DNA of 64,000 nt from Octopus sinensis. Taxonomy: Eukaryota. Positions 39,010 through 51,062 of this stretch are shown piece by piece. How positions within the stretch are numbered: the stretch's first letter is position 1; each line of letters starts with the position of its first letter. The notes below the pieces were generated by a model. It did no database searches, was not told the origin of the DNA, and saw only the letters and a program-made list of their open reading frames with translations. The position numbers were made by a program, and so were the translations under genes. The stretch lies in the NCBI RefSeq assembly GCF_006345805.1, contig NC_043024.1, positions 3,410,001 through 3,474,000 on the forward strand. Direction: 5' to 3'.

Positions 39010-39517
39010 TTGTCCTCTCGTACTTCGTATTTTTTGTTGTTTACGTTTTGTGACGTCCTGTGCCCACATATGCATATGTATGTACGTATACGTATGTATA
39101 CTTGCATATATATATGCATTCAGTGGTAAGGAGCACCGAGGATTTCTTGAGGTAGGCACTCCGAATGTATTTCATCTGATGGGTAAATCCTGGTTCGCTT
39201 CATATCGAGAGGTGTGTGTGTGTGTTTGTCCTCCGCTATCACTTGACAAGCAATAATTGTGTAGTTACGTCCCCGCTATGAATGCATTGAATCTGAACAC
39301 TTTTTAGAAAATGTCCAGGCAAGTACCGAAGGGTTGGGGTCCTGAGGGGCACGTGCTCCCCTCAAGAATAGAAGTGCGGCCTTCTAAATAATGTTATGAT
39401 GCCCTTTTCTGCTGGAATTGTTTTCCCTTCTGACCTTGTACCCTCCTTTCGAAAAATTCCTGGGACTGCACCTGATGTTTGAGGCCCTTAGAGAAAATTT
39501 TGGTCCCCAGTTGTGGG

Positions 39518-40847
39518 TTGTCAATGGTATCTTTCAATCGCTCCAGGTTGATTCTTGTAAAGACTTTGTTTGGAATGGAAAGCAAGGTAATTTCTCTCCA
39601 CTTTTCACATTGTGATAAATCCCCACTCTTCGGCAGCTTCACCAAAAGACCCTTCTTCCAGTCGCTTGGGATCTTCTCTGTCGTTCATACCAACTTCAGT
39701 ACATTAAAGATACCATTGACAAGCAACTCAGAGATGAACAGGCAGGTTTCAGAAAGGCGAGATCATGCACGGACCAGATTGCGACGCTCAGTCATCGTGG
39801 AGCAGACAATAGAATGGCAAACGTCACTCTTTGTGTGCTTCGTCGACTTTGAAAAAGCATTTGACAGCGTAGACAAACAAACAATCTGGGACATCTTACG
39901 ACACTATGAGAAGATCGTGGGCATTATCCGATTACTCCACGAGGTCATCCCTGCTGGAAGATTGTCCTCTCGTCGTGCTGGACTGGGTCACCAGGACGGC
40001 CTACGCTACCTCCGGGAAAGGTATTCAGTGCTCACTGATGAACAAGCTGGAGGACTTGGACTACGCAGATGATCTCGCGTTACTGTCACATCGCCGGCAA
40101 GACATGCAAGGTAGACCACCTGACAGAAACTTCACGGCGAGTGGGCTTGAGGATCAACCGGGAAAAGACAAAAGTGCTGCGTATCAACAACAAGCAGGAA
40201 GAGCCAATAACATTCTAGGGAGCACTTGTGGAGGACGTTAGTGAGTTTGTCTATCTTGGCAGCAAGATCAGCAAATCAGGTGGATCAGACGAGGACATCA
40301 CGGCAAGAAGCAAGAAGGCTTGGCAAGCCTTCGCTATTCTTCGGCCGGTATGGAAGTCCACTTCCATCTCAACTCGAAATAAACCCCGCTTATTTAGTTC
40401 AAACGTAAAATCTGTGCTTTTGTTTGGCTCTGAAACATGGAGAGCCACCTGCAGCAACTACAAGAAGATCCAGACCTTCATCAACAAATGTCTCCGGCAG
40501 ATCCTCCATCTGAAGTGGTTCGATAGGGTGTCAAACACCGACCTGTGGGAAAGGGCGAAACAGGAGCCCATACATGTTCAGATTAGACGAAGGAAATGGA
40601 GATGGATCGGGGACACACTGCGGAAAGAACCCTCGAATGTGACACGACAAGCACTTGACTGGAACCCGCAGGGGAAAAGGAAGCGAGGATGCCCGAAGCA
40701 GACATGGAAGCGGAGCATTTTGGACGAGCTCTGGACCAGAGGCCTGACATGGGAAGCAGCCAAGAAACACACCAATGACCGCAAAAAGTGGAGAACACTT
40801 GTTGAGGCCCTTTGCTCCACAAGGGGCAAAAAGGATTAAGAAGAAGA
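39518..40847 (+). mobile_element. RTE-clade LINE insertion with 5' inversion and internal deletions
   Basis: FVDFEKAFD, LDYADDLALL, LLFGSETW, RWIGDTLR; inverted 5' part 39518-39700; TSD AGTTGTGGG; (AAG)n tail. Confidence 0.88.
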
Positions 40848-42881
40848 AGTTGTGGGCTGTGACCCATTTGAAGCTGACTCCTGTTACTTTATTAAATAAT
40901 TTCTAATATGAGCCGAACGCCAGGTGTTTTCGAGGTAGTGACGGTGATGCTGGTGGTGTTAGTAGTGGCACTAGTGGTAGTGTTAGTGGTGTTTTTAGTG
41001 GTGGCACTGGTGGTGGAGGTGGTGTTGTTGTTAGTGGTACTGGCAATGTTGGTGGTATTCGTGGTGCTGGTGGTGTTTGTGGTGTTGGTATTGGTACTGG
41101 TGGTGATGGTGGTGGTAATGGTAGCTGAGGAGGTGGGGAGTTACAAAGTAACCCAGACGATCCCCAATACTCGACTGGTGGTACTATAGGGCGTTTTGTC
41201 CGGAGCTTTACAGTGATTTTACTAACCTATCGTCCTCAATAGATTTAATATCGATTTTTTTTTGCAGAGACAAAAGCACTAATTGGACGACGACCACCAC
41301 CACCATCATCTAGGTGGAAATTGAACTCAGAACAGCAAAGGACTGGAACGGATACTGCAAAGCATCTCGTCTGCCGTTCGGACAATTCCACAACTCAACC
41401 GCTTTTGTCTGGTACTCTATTGATCGCGGAGGGATGAAAATTAAAGATGGCCTCAGCGGGAATTGAACTTCGAGTTATACGAAGGCAGCGTCGTTCGCAA
41501 ATTAGCACTTAAGCGCGTGAATGGATTTATTCACACCATTTTGGGCACGACCTACCGACCCCTCACCTCATTTGTGGACTCGTAGTAGTTTGCAGACCTT
41601 TAACTGGAGACCACCGATACAGCATGTAATATATGTGGCAGATTTTGTATTGCAAATTGCATATCGGTATGTGAATTAGTAAATTGTATTTCTGTTAGAA
41701 AATACTCCTTTTCCTGTTGAATAAACATTCAGAGATATATCGTAACTAGAACATCATAATCACCATTAAAACTTTGCAATGTAATATTGGAAATAGGAGA
41801 ATTTATAGCAGGAATATTGGCAGAGTATTAAATACCACCTCATTGCCTAGGAATTGAACCTGAGACGCTGTATTGAGACGAAAAGTGAGTGTAAACACCA
41901 AAAGAGGGTTTTGTCAGGAACTGATGACGTCAGCGAGGAGTTAGCCAATCAAGTCCTTGCTAGATACATTCATAACCTGTTTTTATCAGTAGCTAGATTA
42001 CCGGCGAAAACAAAATAGACCCATCAGATGCATAACACATTAGAATTCCACTTGTTGGCAGCGTTGAGGATCTGCGATAAGGCGTTCATGCAACTACTGA
42101 GCAAAACAGTGATGCTCTGTATGGACAGCATGCTGAAGGACTGATCCCAGCGAGGGTGGATCATGCAACGAAATCCGAAAGTTGGTTTAGTTTGAAATGT
42201 CATTAACAACTTTGTCTTTGGCGTCTTTTCTTTCACAGACTATATATAGAAACTGTTTTTATGGTGACCAGTCAGTGATCGTAACACAGCTACAGTAGTA
42301 TTCAATGACTACAGCAGTTTTCTATGATTCGTGACACACACGAACTGAGTTACTTTTTTTCATCGTCGTCATGACAGCACTTTTTTTTAATGATAAAATA
42401 AATATTTTTGTATTTAGACTTCACACAAATTATGTTCTGTCAACTAACCAAATATTATGTTACAAATTAAAGAATCCATTAACAATTAAAATTCATCGTC
42501 AATAACATACAAGAGTTGTGTTGTGTTACATGGCGATTTTAAAACTATCAATTACCACATATCACTTCCCTTCCATATCCTCGTATATCTGTACAGTTCA
42601 AGGTTGATTTTTCTTTAGAAGGGCTTTTAAGTCGAAATATTAAAATATAAATTAAAAGTACAAGTATTTTTTTTGTTTAACATATATTTCCATTTTTTAA
42701 TTTCCAACTTGCTTGAGAATAAACACTGTTCTAAATAAGCATATATTTAGTTTTACTAAATGTAGGTAGTGAAAATGTAATTTTTGTGTAGGAGAGATAA
42801 AAATAACTTTATAAAGTGCAAAAACAAAAAAACAAAAAACACGACAAAAAAGCGAAAATAAAATCGAGTGTTGATGGTAGC

Positions 42882-42887
42882 TTTATT
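42882..42887 (-). terminator. Hemocyanin polyadenylation signal
   Basis: AATAAA followed about 20-50 nt later by a T/GT-rich downstream element (ttttattttcgcttttttgtcgtgttttttg). Confidence 0.7.
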
Positions 42888-43075
42888 GATATAAAGATTA
42901 TATTGGAAATGTATCTTCAATAATAATAACAAAAATAGGTTTGAGTATCGGAAATCTTTCTCGGTTTAGAGTGGTAGCTGTAAAGTTACTTATAATCGTC
43001 TGCTGCATGTTGCATCAGAGAGCGTACTTCAGTGTTTCATATAAGAAAATAGAGCAACCCATTACAAGGAGAATT

Positions 43076-43080
43076 TCAAG
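43076..43080 (-). CDS. Hemocyanin terminal exon coding part (2 nt + TGA), followed by about 200 nt of 3' UTR
   Basis: strong acceptor ttttcttctgtttttccAG|CT TGA; whole CDS 8772 nt = 2923 aa + stop. Confidence 0.75.
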
Positions 43081-43481
43081 CTGGAAAAACAGAAGAAAAA
43101 TAATTTAGATGACTGGAATATTAAGTGTGTTATTGGAAGGGAGTGGGGTGAGACGGTTCTTCTTTGTTGATGAACGAAATTCCAATTTAGCGTGTGAGAG
43201 TTACTATGAGATATAAAGATATGGCAAGATTAGATATTAGATGCTAACCATGTTTAGAAAAGATGGAATTAATTAAACGACATATGGTATCAGAGAATTG
43301 TTTAAGTGATCAAGTTATATTTTTTTCAACGATATATTTTATTGATGCAATTTAGAAATATTTGAAAAAGAAAGAAACCAAGATGAATAAATAAATCATT
43401 GGAAATGCACCAGAGAATAGTTACGAAAAAATAAGAATTGATTTAAAAAGAATAAAAATGGCCAAATGTAAGATAACTGAC

Positions 43482-44687
43482 CTGCAGCTGGATGGTACAT
43501 GATACTTGGTGGTGGTATCAGGCTGGGAGCCAGGGTACTTCCATCAGTAGCCTTTATAGAGACTGTTATACTGAACTGATCGTGAGCATGGAGACGGAGC
43601 TGTTCTAAAGTGCTGGTAATGTCGTATTTATACAGTCGATCAAACGCCCAGAACATCTCGTGCTTGCCGCCTAAAATGCAAAACGTGCCTGCAAATTTGC
43701 ATTCTCCGTCTTTGCGACATACTTCGAATTCGACATCAGCAGATTGTCCAATGGTACGCAATAAGAAACCAGCATAGACTCGGTCTTTCTTTTTGGATTT
43801 CATTAATTCTGTTTCCAACTGTGGAATCGTCATACCATGGAAGATGAGGTTATCATAGTCATAGTGTAATTTGTGATAATCGAAAGAAGATTCTCCTGTC
43901 GAATGAGTTCTGGTTTGCTCGTTGTGGTTGGCATCGGAACTGAAAGGATTGAGAGGTTTTTTAAGTCTGTGGATTTCGCAATTGGCACTATCATACGGAA
44001 GTCCTCGATATTTCTGCAAGGCTTGCCAGATGGCCCAGATACGATCCACGTTTGAATGATGTAAGTAAAAGAGTGGATCGTATGAGGTGTAATGAAGAGT
44101 TGACATGCTGTAAGGAGAGCTGCCTCCTACCCACGAGTGAATGGCATTATGGGAGATTTCGAACTGGATTTCAAAGTCGCAGAAATTAGTTTGTTCTAGT
44201 GCAAACATCATTTGATCGTAGAAGAAATGTCGACCTTCAAATAGTTGGTGTCGCGGCGCTCTAGTCGTTATCTCATCAACTGAATCAATATGTGCGTGAT
44301 GAAACGGATTGTCTGTCTCTTCAGTGATCAATGTTGGCAGATCAGTGAACGGCGTCGTCCAATCCCAGTAAGGAATACCTGTTTTGGCACCTTTCAGTTT
44401 CAAAGCGTCTTCCATTTGCTTCACAAACAATCTATGCCAGTGAGGGAATGTTACCATTCCATGTTGACAGCAAGCATATGCCGTACCGTTCGGGTATTTA
44501 CAGCTAAGTGGCATGCCATGATAAGCTGCAATCTTCTGGTAACCGTTCTCAGATTTGTCAGCCATTACATCACTTAAAGCATGTCTTAAGTTGTCAATCT
44601 CTGACGGTGTCAGACTGTTAACGTTCTTCCTAACAATTGTTCCCTCGGCGTATTCCTTATGATGATGATGATGTTGGTGCACAGATC
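43482..44687 (-). CDS. Hemocyanin FU-g (single exon)
   Basis: VRKNVNSLTPS, AYHG/CCQHG/WHR, HNAIH/FYLHH typical of cephalopod FU-g; G|GTCAGT phase-1 donor. Confidence 0.97.
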
Positions 44688-44784
44688 CTGTAAAAGAAAA
44701 CAGAGCAAGCTATGAAGTACCGAAGAAAGATGGATCATATCTATATTTAAAGTAAAGATGAACTCATTAAAACAATTGTCTTAC

Positions 44785-45367
44785 CTTTAGCAGGAGAATA
44801 TACCAACGACGGTTTAGGCAAAGAATTCTGGTCTAAAACAGTGCCATCTATTGTTATAATTTCCATCTCCAAATGTACTTTACTGTCGTGATGGAAAAGA
44901 GATTCCATAGCGATACCTTTCTCTTTCATAACCTTTGTGATGTCCATTTTATATGTTCTATCAAAATGCCATGGCATTTCAGTTTCTCCACCCAAAATGA
45001 ACACAACACCAGCTGCTGAACAACTCTTGTCGTCACATAATTTCAGGTGGACGTCGGCCGAGGTTTTGATGCCGTGGAGTAAGAAAGTGGCGAATACACG
45101 GTCTTTCTGTTTCAATTTCTGAATTTCTATTTCCAAATGTTCAGTATCCATTTCATGGAACTCGAGATTGTCGTATTTATACCCAAAACGTTTGTAATCA
45201 AACAACATACTTGGTGTGGCCAAAGCTCGCGTGGCCAAATTGGGATTTGATTCCCAGGTGAATGGTTTCATAGCCAAAGACATTTGATCAAGGGCACAGT
45301 AAGCTTTGTCGAACGGCATCTTTCTGTATTCTTGTAATTCTTGCCAAATTGCCCAAATACGGTCGAC
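44785..45367 (-). CDS. Hemocyanin FU-f, exon 2 of 2
   Basis: tgtttcAG|GTC; VDRIWAIWQ...PSLVYSPAK; G|GTAAGA phase-1 donor. Confidence 0.95.
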
Positions 45368-45446
45368 CTGAAACAAATATGATAAAACAAAGTCAAACAC
45401 TTCCGGTCATTTTATTATAAAACACACAAGAGATAATACATATGAA

Positions 45447-45566
45447 ATTACACGTATGTATGTATGTATGTATGTATGTATGTATGTATGTATGTATGTA
45501 TGTATGTATGTATGTATGTATGTATGTATGTATGTACGTATGCATGTATGTATGTATATATATATG
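45447..45566. repeat. (TATG)n microsatellite; similar tracts at 57770-57880, (AGAT)n at 47510-47635
   Basis: direct tetranucleotide repeats in hemocyanin introns. Confidence 0.95.
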
Positions 45567-45669
45567 TAGGTTAACACTGGAAAGTAAGAGGTATATATAC
45601 CCAACTGGTTTATTATTGTCTAATAGGGACATGATAATCTTTTCTACTCTAGGCACAAGGTTCGAAATT

Positions 45670-46035
45670 TGGTGGGAGACGGCAGCCAATTAGATCGACT
45701 CCAGTACGTAACTGGTACTTAATTTATCGACTCCGAAAGGATGAAAGCAAAGTCGACCTCGGCGGAATTTGAACTCAGAACGTAAAGACAGACGAAATAC
45801 CTATTTCTTTACTACCCACAAGGGGCTAAACACAGAGAGGACAAACAAGGACAGACAAACAAATTAAATCGATTATATCGACCCCAATGCGTAACTGGTA
45901 CTTATTTAATCGACCCCGAAAGGATGAAAGGCAAAGTCGACTTCGGCGGAATTTGAACTCATAACGTAAAGACAGACGAAATACCGCAAAGCGTTTCGCC
46001 CGGCGTGCTAACGTTTCTGCCAGCTCGCCGCCTTG
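45670..46035 (-). mobile_element. Two adjacent CORE-type tRNA SINE copies in the FU-f internal intron (same family at 2890-3125, 18860-19075, 57365-57600)
   Basis: GGCGGCGAGCTGGCAGAAACGTTAGC head and GCCTTTCATCCTTTCGGGGTCGATAAA core. Confidence 0.8.
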
Positions 46036-46410
46036 GGGACACGATAATGAAACCAAATTGCATTTTAAATGAACGCCGTATAGAATGACAGTTCTTTATC
46101 TGAGAGAAAAGAATTGGAATGTAAAAAAAACCTCATTGATTCCTATTTAAACGTTCAGTTCCAGTAAAGTGTGTAAGATGTTGAAGAATTCATGTCCCTC
46201 ACAGAACGACAGCAACAACTATAACAAGAGGAATATTTTCTATTACGGGCACAAGACCGTTTCGTGGCAAGTGGAGTAGTTGGGTACATCGACCCCAGTG
46301 TTTCACTGGTACTTATATTATCGACCTCCGAAAATATGAACGGCAAAATCAACTCCGGTAGAATTTGAACTGAGAACACGAGGACGGACGAAATGGGGCT
46401 AAGCTCGCTG

Positions 46411-46463
<53 letters not shown>

Positions 46464-46707
46464 GTTTCAAACTTTGGCACAAGGCCAGCAATTTCGGAGC
46501 TGATAATACCGACCCCAGTTCTCTTCTGATATGAGCACAAGGCCTTATATTGTCATGAAAAAGGGCTAGGCGACTACATCAGATCCAAAGTTTGACTGGT
46601 ACTATTTTATCGACCCCGAAGTGATGAGAGACAAAGTCGACCACACTGGCATTTGAACTCAACTCAGAGCGTAAGTAAAGAAGAAATATCAATGAAGCTT
46701 CACTTAC

Positions 46708-47369
46708 CATAGAATGGTGGATGTAAAATATAGGGTCGAAAGAGCTGTATACCAAACTGGACATGGCATATTTCTGGTGACCACCCAAGAGATAATGAAT
46801 AGAATTGTGAACGACTTCGAATTGGACTTCAAAATCGCAGAAATCTTCCTGTTCCAGCATTAGTAGAACTTGATCGTACAGCAAAGACGTTTCACCTCCC
46901 TTTGCCAGTTCAAATAATTCCTGTTGAACATCACGTACAGTGTATGTATCTTCTGATTTGATGTAACCCCTGAGGAAAGGGTTCTCAATCACAACATCAT
47001 TCCAAGCGTCATAGTAATCAGACCTGGACAAAACACTTGGTAACTTTTCAGAATGCGTTGTCCAATCCCAGTAAGGAATTGCAACATTGGAACCATGTCT
47101 TCGTAGAGCCTCTTCGAATTGCAGTGCATAGATACGATGCCAATGAGGGAAAGTTGCCATACCATGTTGGCAACAGGCGTATTTCGCGTTCTCTGGATCT
47201 GGACACATTGTAGAACCGTGATAACTTGCGACAGTCTGGAATCCGAAATTGCTCTCATCTTCCTTCATACGTGTTAAAGCAGACATGATATTTTGGACAT
47301 CTCGTTCTTCTAAGGAGTTGATGTTTTTGCGAATTCTGTTGTGTGGAATAAATCTTTGTTTCTCTAGTC
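46708..47369 (-). CDS. Hemocyanin FU-f, exon 1 of 2
   Basis: SYHG/CCQHG/WHR, HNSIH/FYIHH; ATG|GTAAGT phase-0 donor. Confidence 0.95.
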
Positions 47370-47457
47370 CTGTTTAGAAGGAAAGGCGAGATAACATTTA
47401 GACAAGAGAATCTAGAAATGATACGACAGATCAAAGAGAGAAGAAAATGGAGAGAGG

Positions 47458-47498
<41 letters not shown>

Positions 47499-47552
47499 AT
47501 TGATAAATAGATTGATAGATAGATAGACAGATAGATAGACAGACAGACAGAC

Positions 47553-47634
<82 letters not shown>

Positions 47635-47672
47635 TGGAAGGAGAATAATAAAGGGAAATGAGAACGACTTAC

Positions 47673-47913
47673 TCATTGCAGGAATACGAATAATGGTTGC
47701 CTGTGGGATTAAGTCTGATGGTAAATCAGTTCCATTAGCTGTCTTGATATGGTGATGGATGTGGAAATGAGAATCGAATTTCAATCCCATATCATGAAGA
47801 ATATCGGTAATTTCCATCACATAAAGACGATCAAAAGCCCATGACATCTCCGCGCTTCCACCCAAAATGGAGAAATGGCTGCCGTCGTGACACGAATTCT
47901 TTTTATCACAAAC
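47673..47913 (-). CDS. Hemocyanin FU-e, exon 2 of 2
   Basis: tctttcAG|GTTTGT; VCDKKNSCHDGSHFSILGGSAEMSWAFDRLY; A|GTAAGT phase-1 donor. Confidence 0.94.
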
Positions 47914-48204
47914 CTGAAAGAAAGAAATTGATTTTGGGTTATTTTTACGGAAAGGAATGGCGGAGAGTGTTAGTGATGAGAAAGTAAACCTAAGTGCAGA
48001 GACGAAAATCTGGTTAGTGTGTGTATGCATGCGTTTATGTTAGTGTGTGTTAATGTGTTTGTATTACTGTTTCTCAGTGAGTGTACGGTAAGATGTGTTT
48101 ATGCTTTTTGTCTTCACGTATATGTTGCGTCCGACGTGTGTATGTGTGCGCGTATATGTCTGTCTGTGTGTATACGTGTAGTTGATGTGTAGATGTGTGT
48201 GTGC

Positions 48205-48236
<32 letters not shown>

Positions 48237-48329
48237 TGTGTGTGTGTGTGTGTGTGTGATGAATAATGCATTTTCGATATTAACCCAAGTGCTGTGTCGT
48301 TCAGGTTTGCAAAGGCGGCGTAAACTTAC

Positions 48330-49351
48330 CTGGAAAGTAGCATAGGCCGACTGACCGATTCCTTTCAATAAGAACCCTGCGAACATTCGTTCTCTTTGCT
48401 TCTGAGTCCTGATGTAAGCTTCCAGTTGTGCAACCGACATGCCATTCATTTCCAGCATATCGTATTCATAGTGGAAATGTTCTTTGTACTTGAAGACGGC
48501 TGAGGGCGTAGAGTATTTATAGGTGTGAGGGTTCAAATTGTAGGGAGGACCGAACGAGAAAGGTTTCAGTGGCTTCGACATCATTTCAATAGCACAGTTG
48601 GATTCGTAAGCCGGAAGACCTCTTAACTTCTGAAGTTCCTGCCAAATAACCCACAGGCGGTCGACGTTGGCGTGATGGGAGTAAAAAGCTGGGTCATAAG
48701 CAGCGTAATGTAGGTGGTTCATCGAGTACATTTCTTTACCACCCAGCCAAGAATGGATAGCATTATGAACGACCTCGAATTGAATTTCAAACTCGCAATA
48801 ATCCGTTTGTTCTAAAGCCAAAATAATGTTATTGAACAACCAAGTTTGTTTTCCCAATTCGGGTTTTTCAAACATATGTGGGCTGATATCACGGTGGGTC
48901 ATAGTCTCTTTGCTGATATATGATATGTGACCGTGGTTAAAAGGGTTGAACATTTCGATACCTGTGTATGGGTTGACGTATTTCTCTAAGGCGAGGAAGC
49001 TGGGTATTTCTGACATTGGATAAGTCCAGTCCCAGTAGGGAACACCGACTTTGGCGCCGTGTCTTTGCAAAGCTTGCTCGAACTGAACGACAAACAGACG
49101 GTGCCATTGAGGGAAAGTGGCCATACCGTGGAGGCAACAGGCGTAGCGATGTTTCGCTGTTGGGTTCGGACACATCGGTGGAAGAGCGTGGAAAGTTGCT
49201 ATGCTTTCGAAACCGTCTGAAGACTTGTCCTTTTGCATTCGTTTTAAAGCGTGCATAAGAGAATCGATTTCCTCAAGAGATAAACGATTTATATTCTTTC
49301 TTATAAGGTTTGCTCGTACCAATTTCTTCTCGTCGCTCTCGGAATGGGCAC
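48330..49351 (-). CDS. Hemocyanin FU-e, exon 1 of 2
   Basis: TFHA/CCLHG/WHR, HNAIH/FYSHH; CAG|GTAAGT phase-0 internal donor. Confidence 0.96.
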
Positions 49352-49504
49352 CTGCAAAACGACAATAAATCTTACATCAATTCAAGAAATAAGCAAGCAT
49401 TTTACAAAAACAATAATTTTTTTAAAATATGTAAATTAAAAGAAGGAAATCTCCAAGCATAGGAACATGAAAATATATTGGATGTGATAGAAAGTTTATC
49501 TTAC

Positions 49505-50755
49505 CATGTTTCGGAACAAATATAATGGTTGGTTCTGGAAATATTTTCTTTTCTATCTTCGATCCATTTACAGCTCTAACTTCTGTTGAAATACGGAAGT
49601 GACTATTGTGGTTGAGCCCTAATTTCATTAGTGAATCAGTGATCTCGTAACGGAAGAGGTGAGTGAATCTCCATGGCATTTCCGATTCTCCTCCCAAGAT
49701 GGAAAACACTCCGGCGTAGTTGGCACAGTTCTCTTGGTTCCGGCCAGTCGGAGCACATATGTAAATTCTAACATCGGCAGAAGCTTTCACCCCGTGCAAC
49801 AAGAATGCTGCAAAAACACGATCTTGTTGGTGTCTGTTGTGTTGCAAGAGATTTTCCAGTTGAATAACAGTGAGACCGTTGAAAGCGAGTGAGTCGTATT
49901 TGTAATGAAGCACATTCTGATAGTCGAACACATCGTTTGCTCTGCTATGAGTGAAGGTCAAAAGATTGGAGTTTGCAGTTTTGTTGCTGAAAGGACGCAT
50001 TGGTTGGTTGAGCAGTCCAAGAGCACAGTTGGCACTGTTATAGGGTAATTTACGGTAGCGTTGCAGTTCCTGCCAAATGGCCCAGAGACGATCCATGTTG
50101 CTATGATGAAGGAAGAAAACGGGGTCGTAGGCTGCATAATCAAGTGACGACATGGAATGAGGATCTCGACCACCAAGCCAAGAGTGGAGACTGTTATGAA
50201 GGACTTCTAAGTGAGTGGCAAATTCACAAAAGTCTGTTTGTTCAAAGGCGAACAGTGCATGTTCATAAAAATAGCTGTTTCCGAAGAGATTCGGTTGAGG
50301 GTCACGGTCAGTTTCTGTGTTTTCAAATGATATCTTTCCATTGAAGAAAGGATTGGACTCAATGTGAAGAGTGCGTGAATTATAGAACGTAGCTTCGTTG
50401 ATAAGTTTCGGTAATTCGTCGAAAGACTTCAGCCAATCCCAGTACGGAACGGCAACTGAAGAACCTCTAGCCAACAGTTCATGCTCAACAGACACCGTAT
50501 ATAAACGATGCCAATGAAGGAAGTTGGGCATACCGTGCAAACAACACGTGTACACTTTGCTACCGTCTTCGTTCGGACATTTAGCAGGAAGTCCGTGGAA
50601 AGCTGCTATTCTTTCATATGTACCATCCATCTTGATCTGTTTGAAAGCATTTCTCAGAGATTCAATTTCACCGACATCCAAATCTTCCAAATTCTTCCTG
50701 ATTCGATTAGCACTCGTCACAGGTTCGATCCAGGCACGGTCTTCGCCATAATGAC
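49505..50755 (-). CDS. Hemocyanin FU-d (single exon)
   Basis: AFHG/CCLHG/WHR, HNSLH/FFLHH; tttcgtAG acceptor; G|GTAAGA donor. Confidence 0.97.
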
Positions 50756-51062
50756 CTACGAAAAACGAAAAACGAAAAGAAAGTAAAAATACAGAAATGT
50801 CATTTAATCAAAGCTTCGACGATAGTGTTTGTAGAGCCATCTAAAATATTTTCAGACCAATTGAATTATGAACCATTCTGTGTGTAGGGAGGAGTGTGGC
50901 TAATATGACATTAAATATTCGGTTATGTAATTATGGAATGAAAGTAATTTCGGGTTTAATTTTTCAAAGGAATTTGTAAAATTGAGAAGATAAAAATGGA
51001 TTCAATTTTAATGCGGCGATGGAATTATTATTGAATGTAATTAAATGTAAGCTTTAACTTGC

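Noticed and set aside
40908-41189. Val/Leu-rich membrane-like ORF
   Set aside because: Produced by a (GGT)-rich low-complexity tract.
41915-41955. TGACGTCA (CRE) and CCAAT motifs suggesting a promoter downstream of hemocyanin
   Set aside because: No associated exon or ORF could be identified; short motifs alone are insufficient.
42024-42239. Alternative terminal hemocyanin exon (VCERKDAKDKVVNDISN*) or FU-h remnant
   Set aside because: Weak acceptor, no similarity to FU-h in any frame, and it lies beyond a stronger acceptor (43081) and poly(A) signal (42882).
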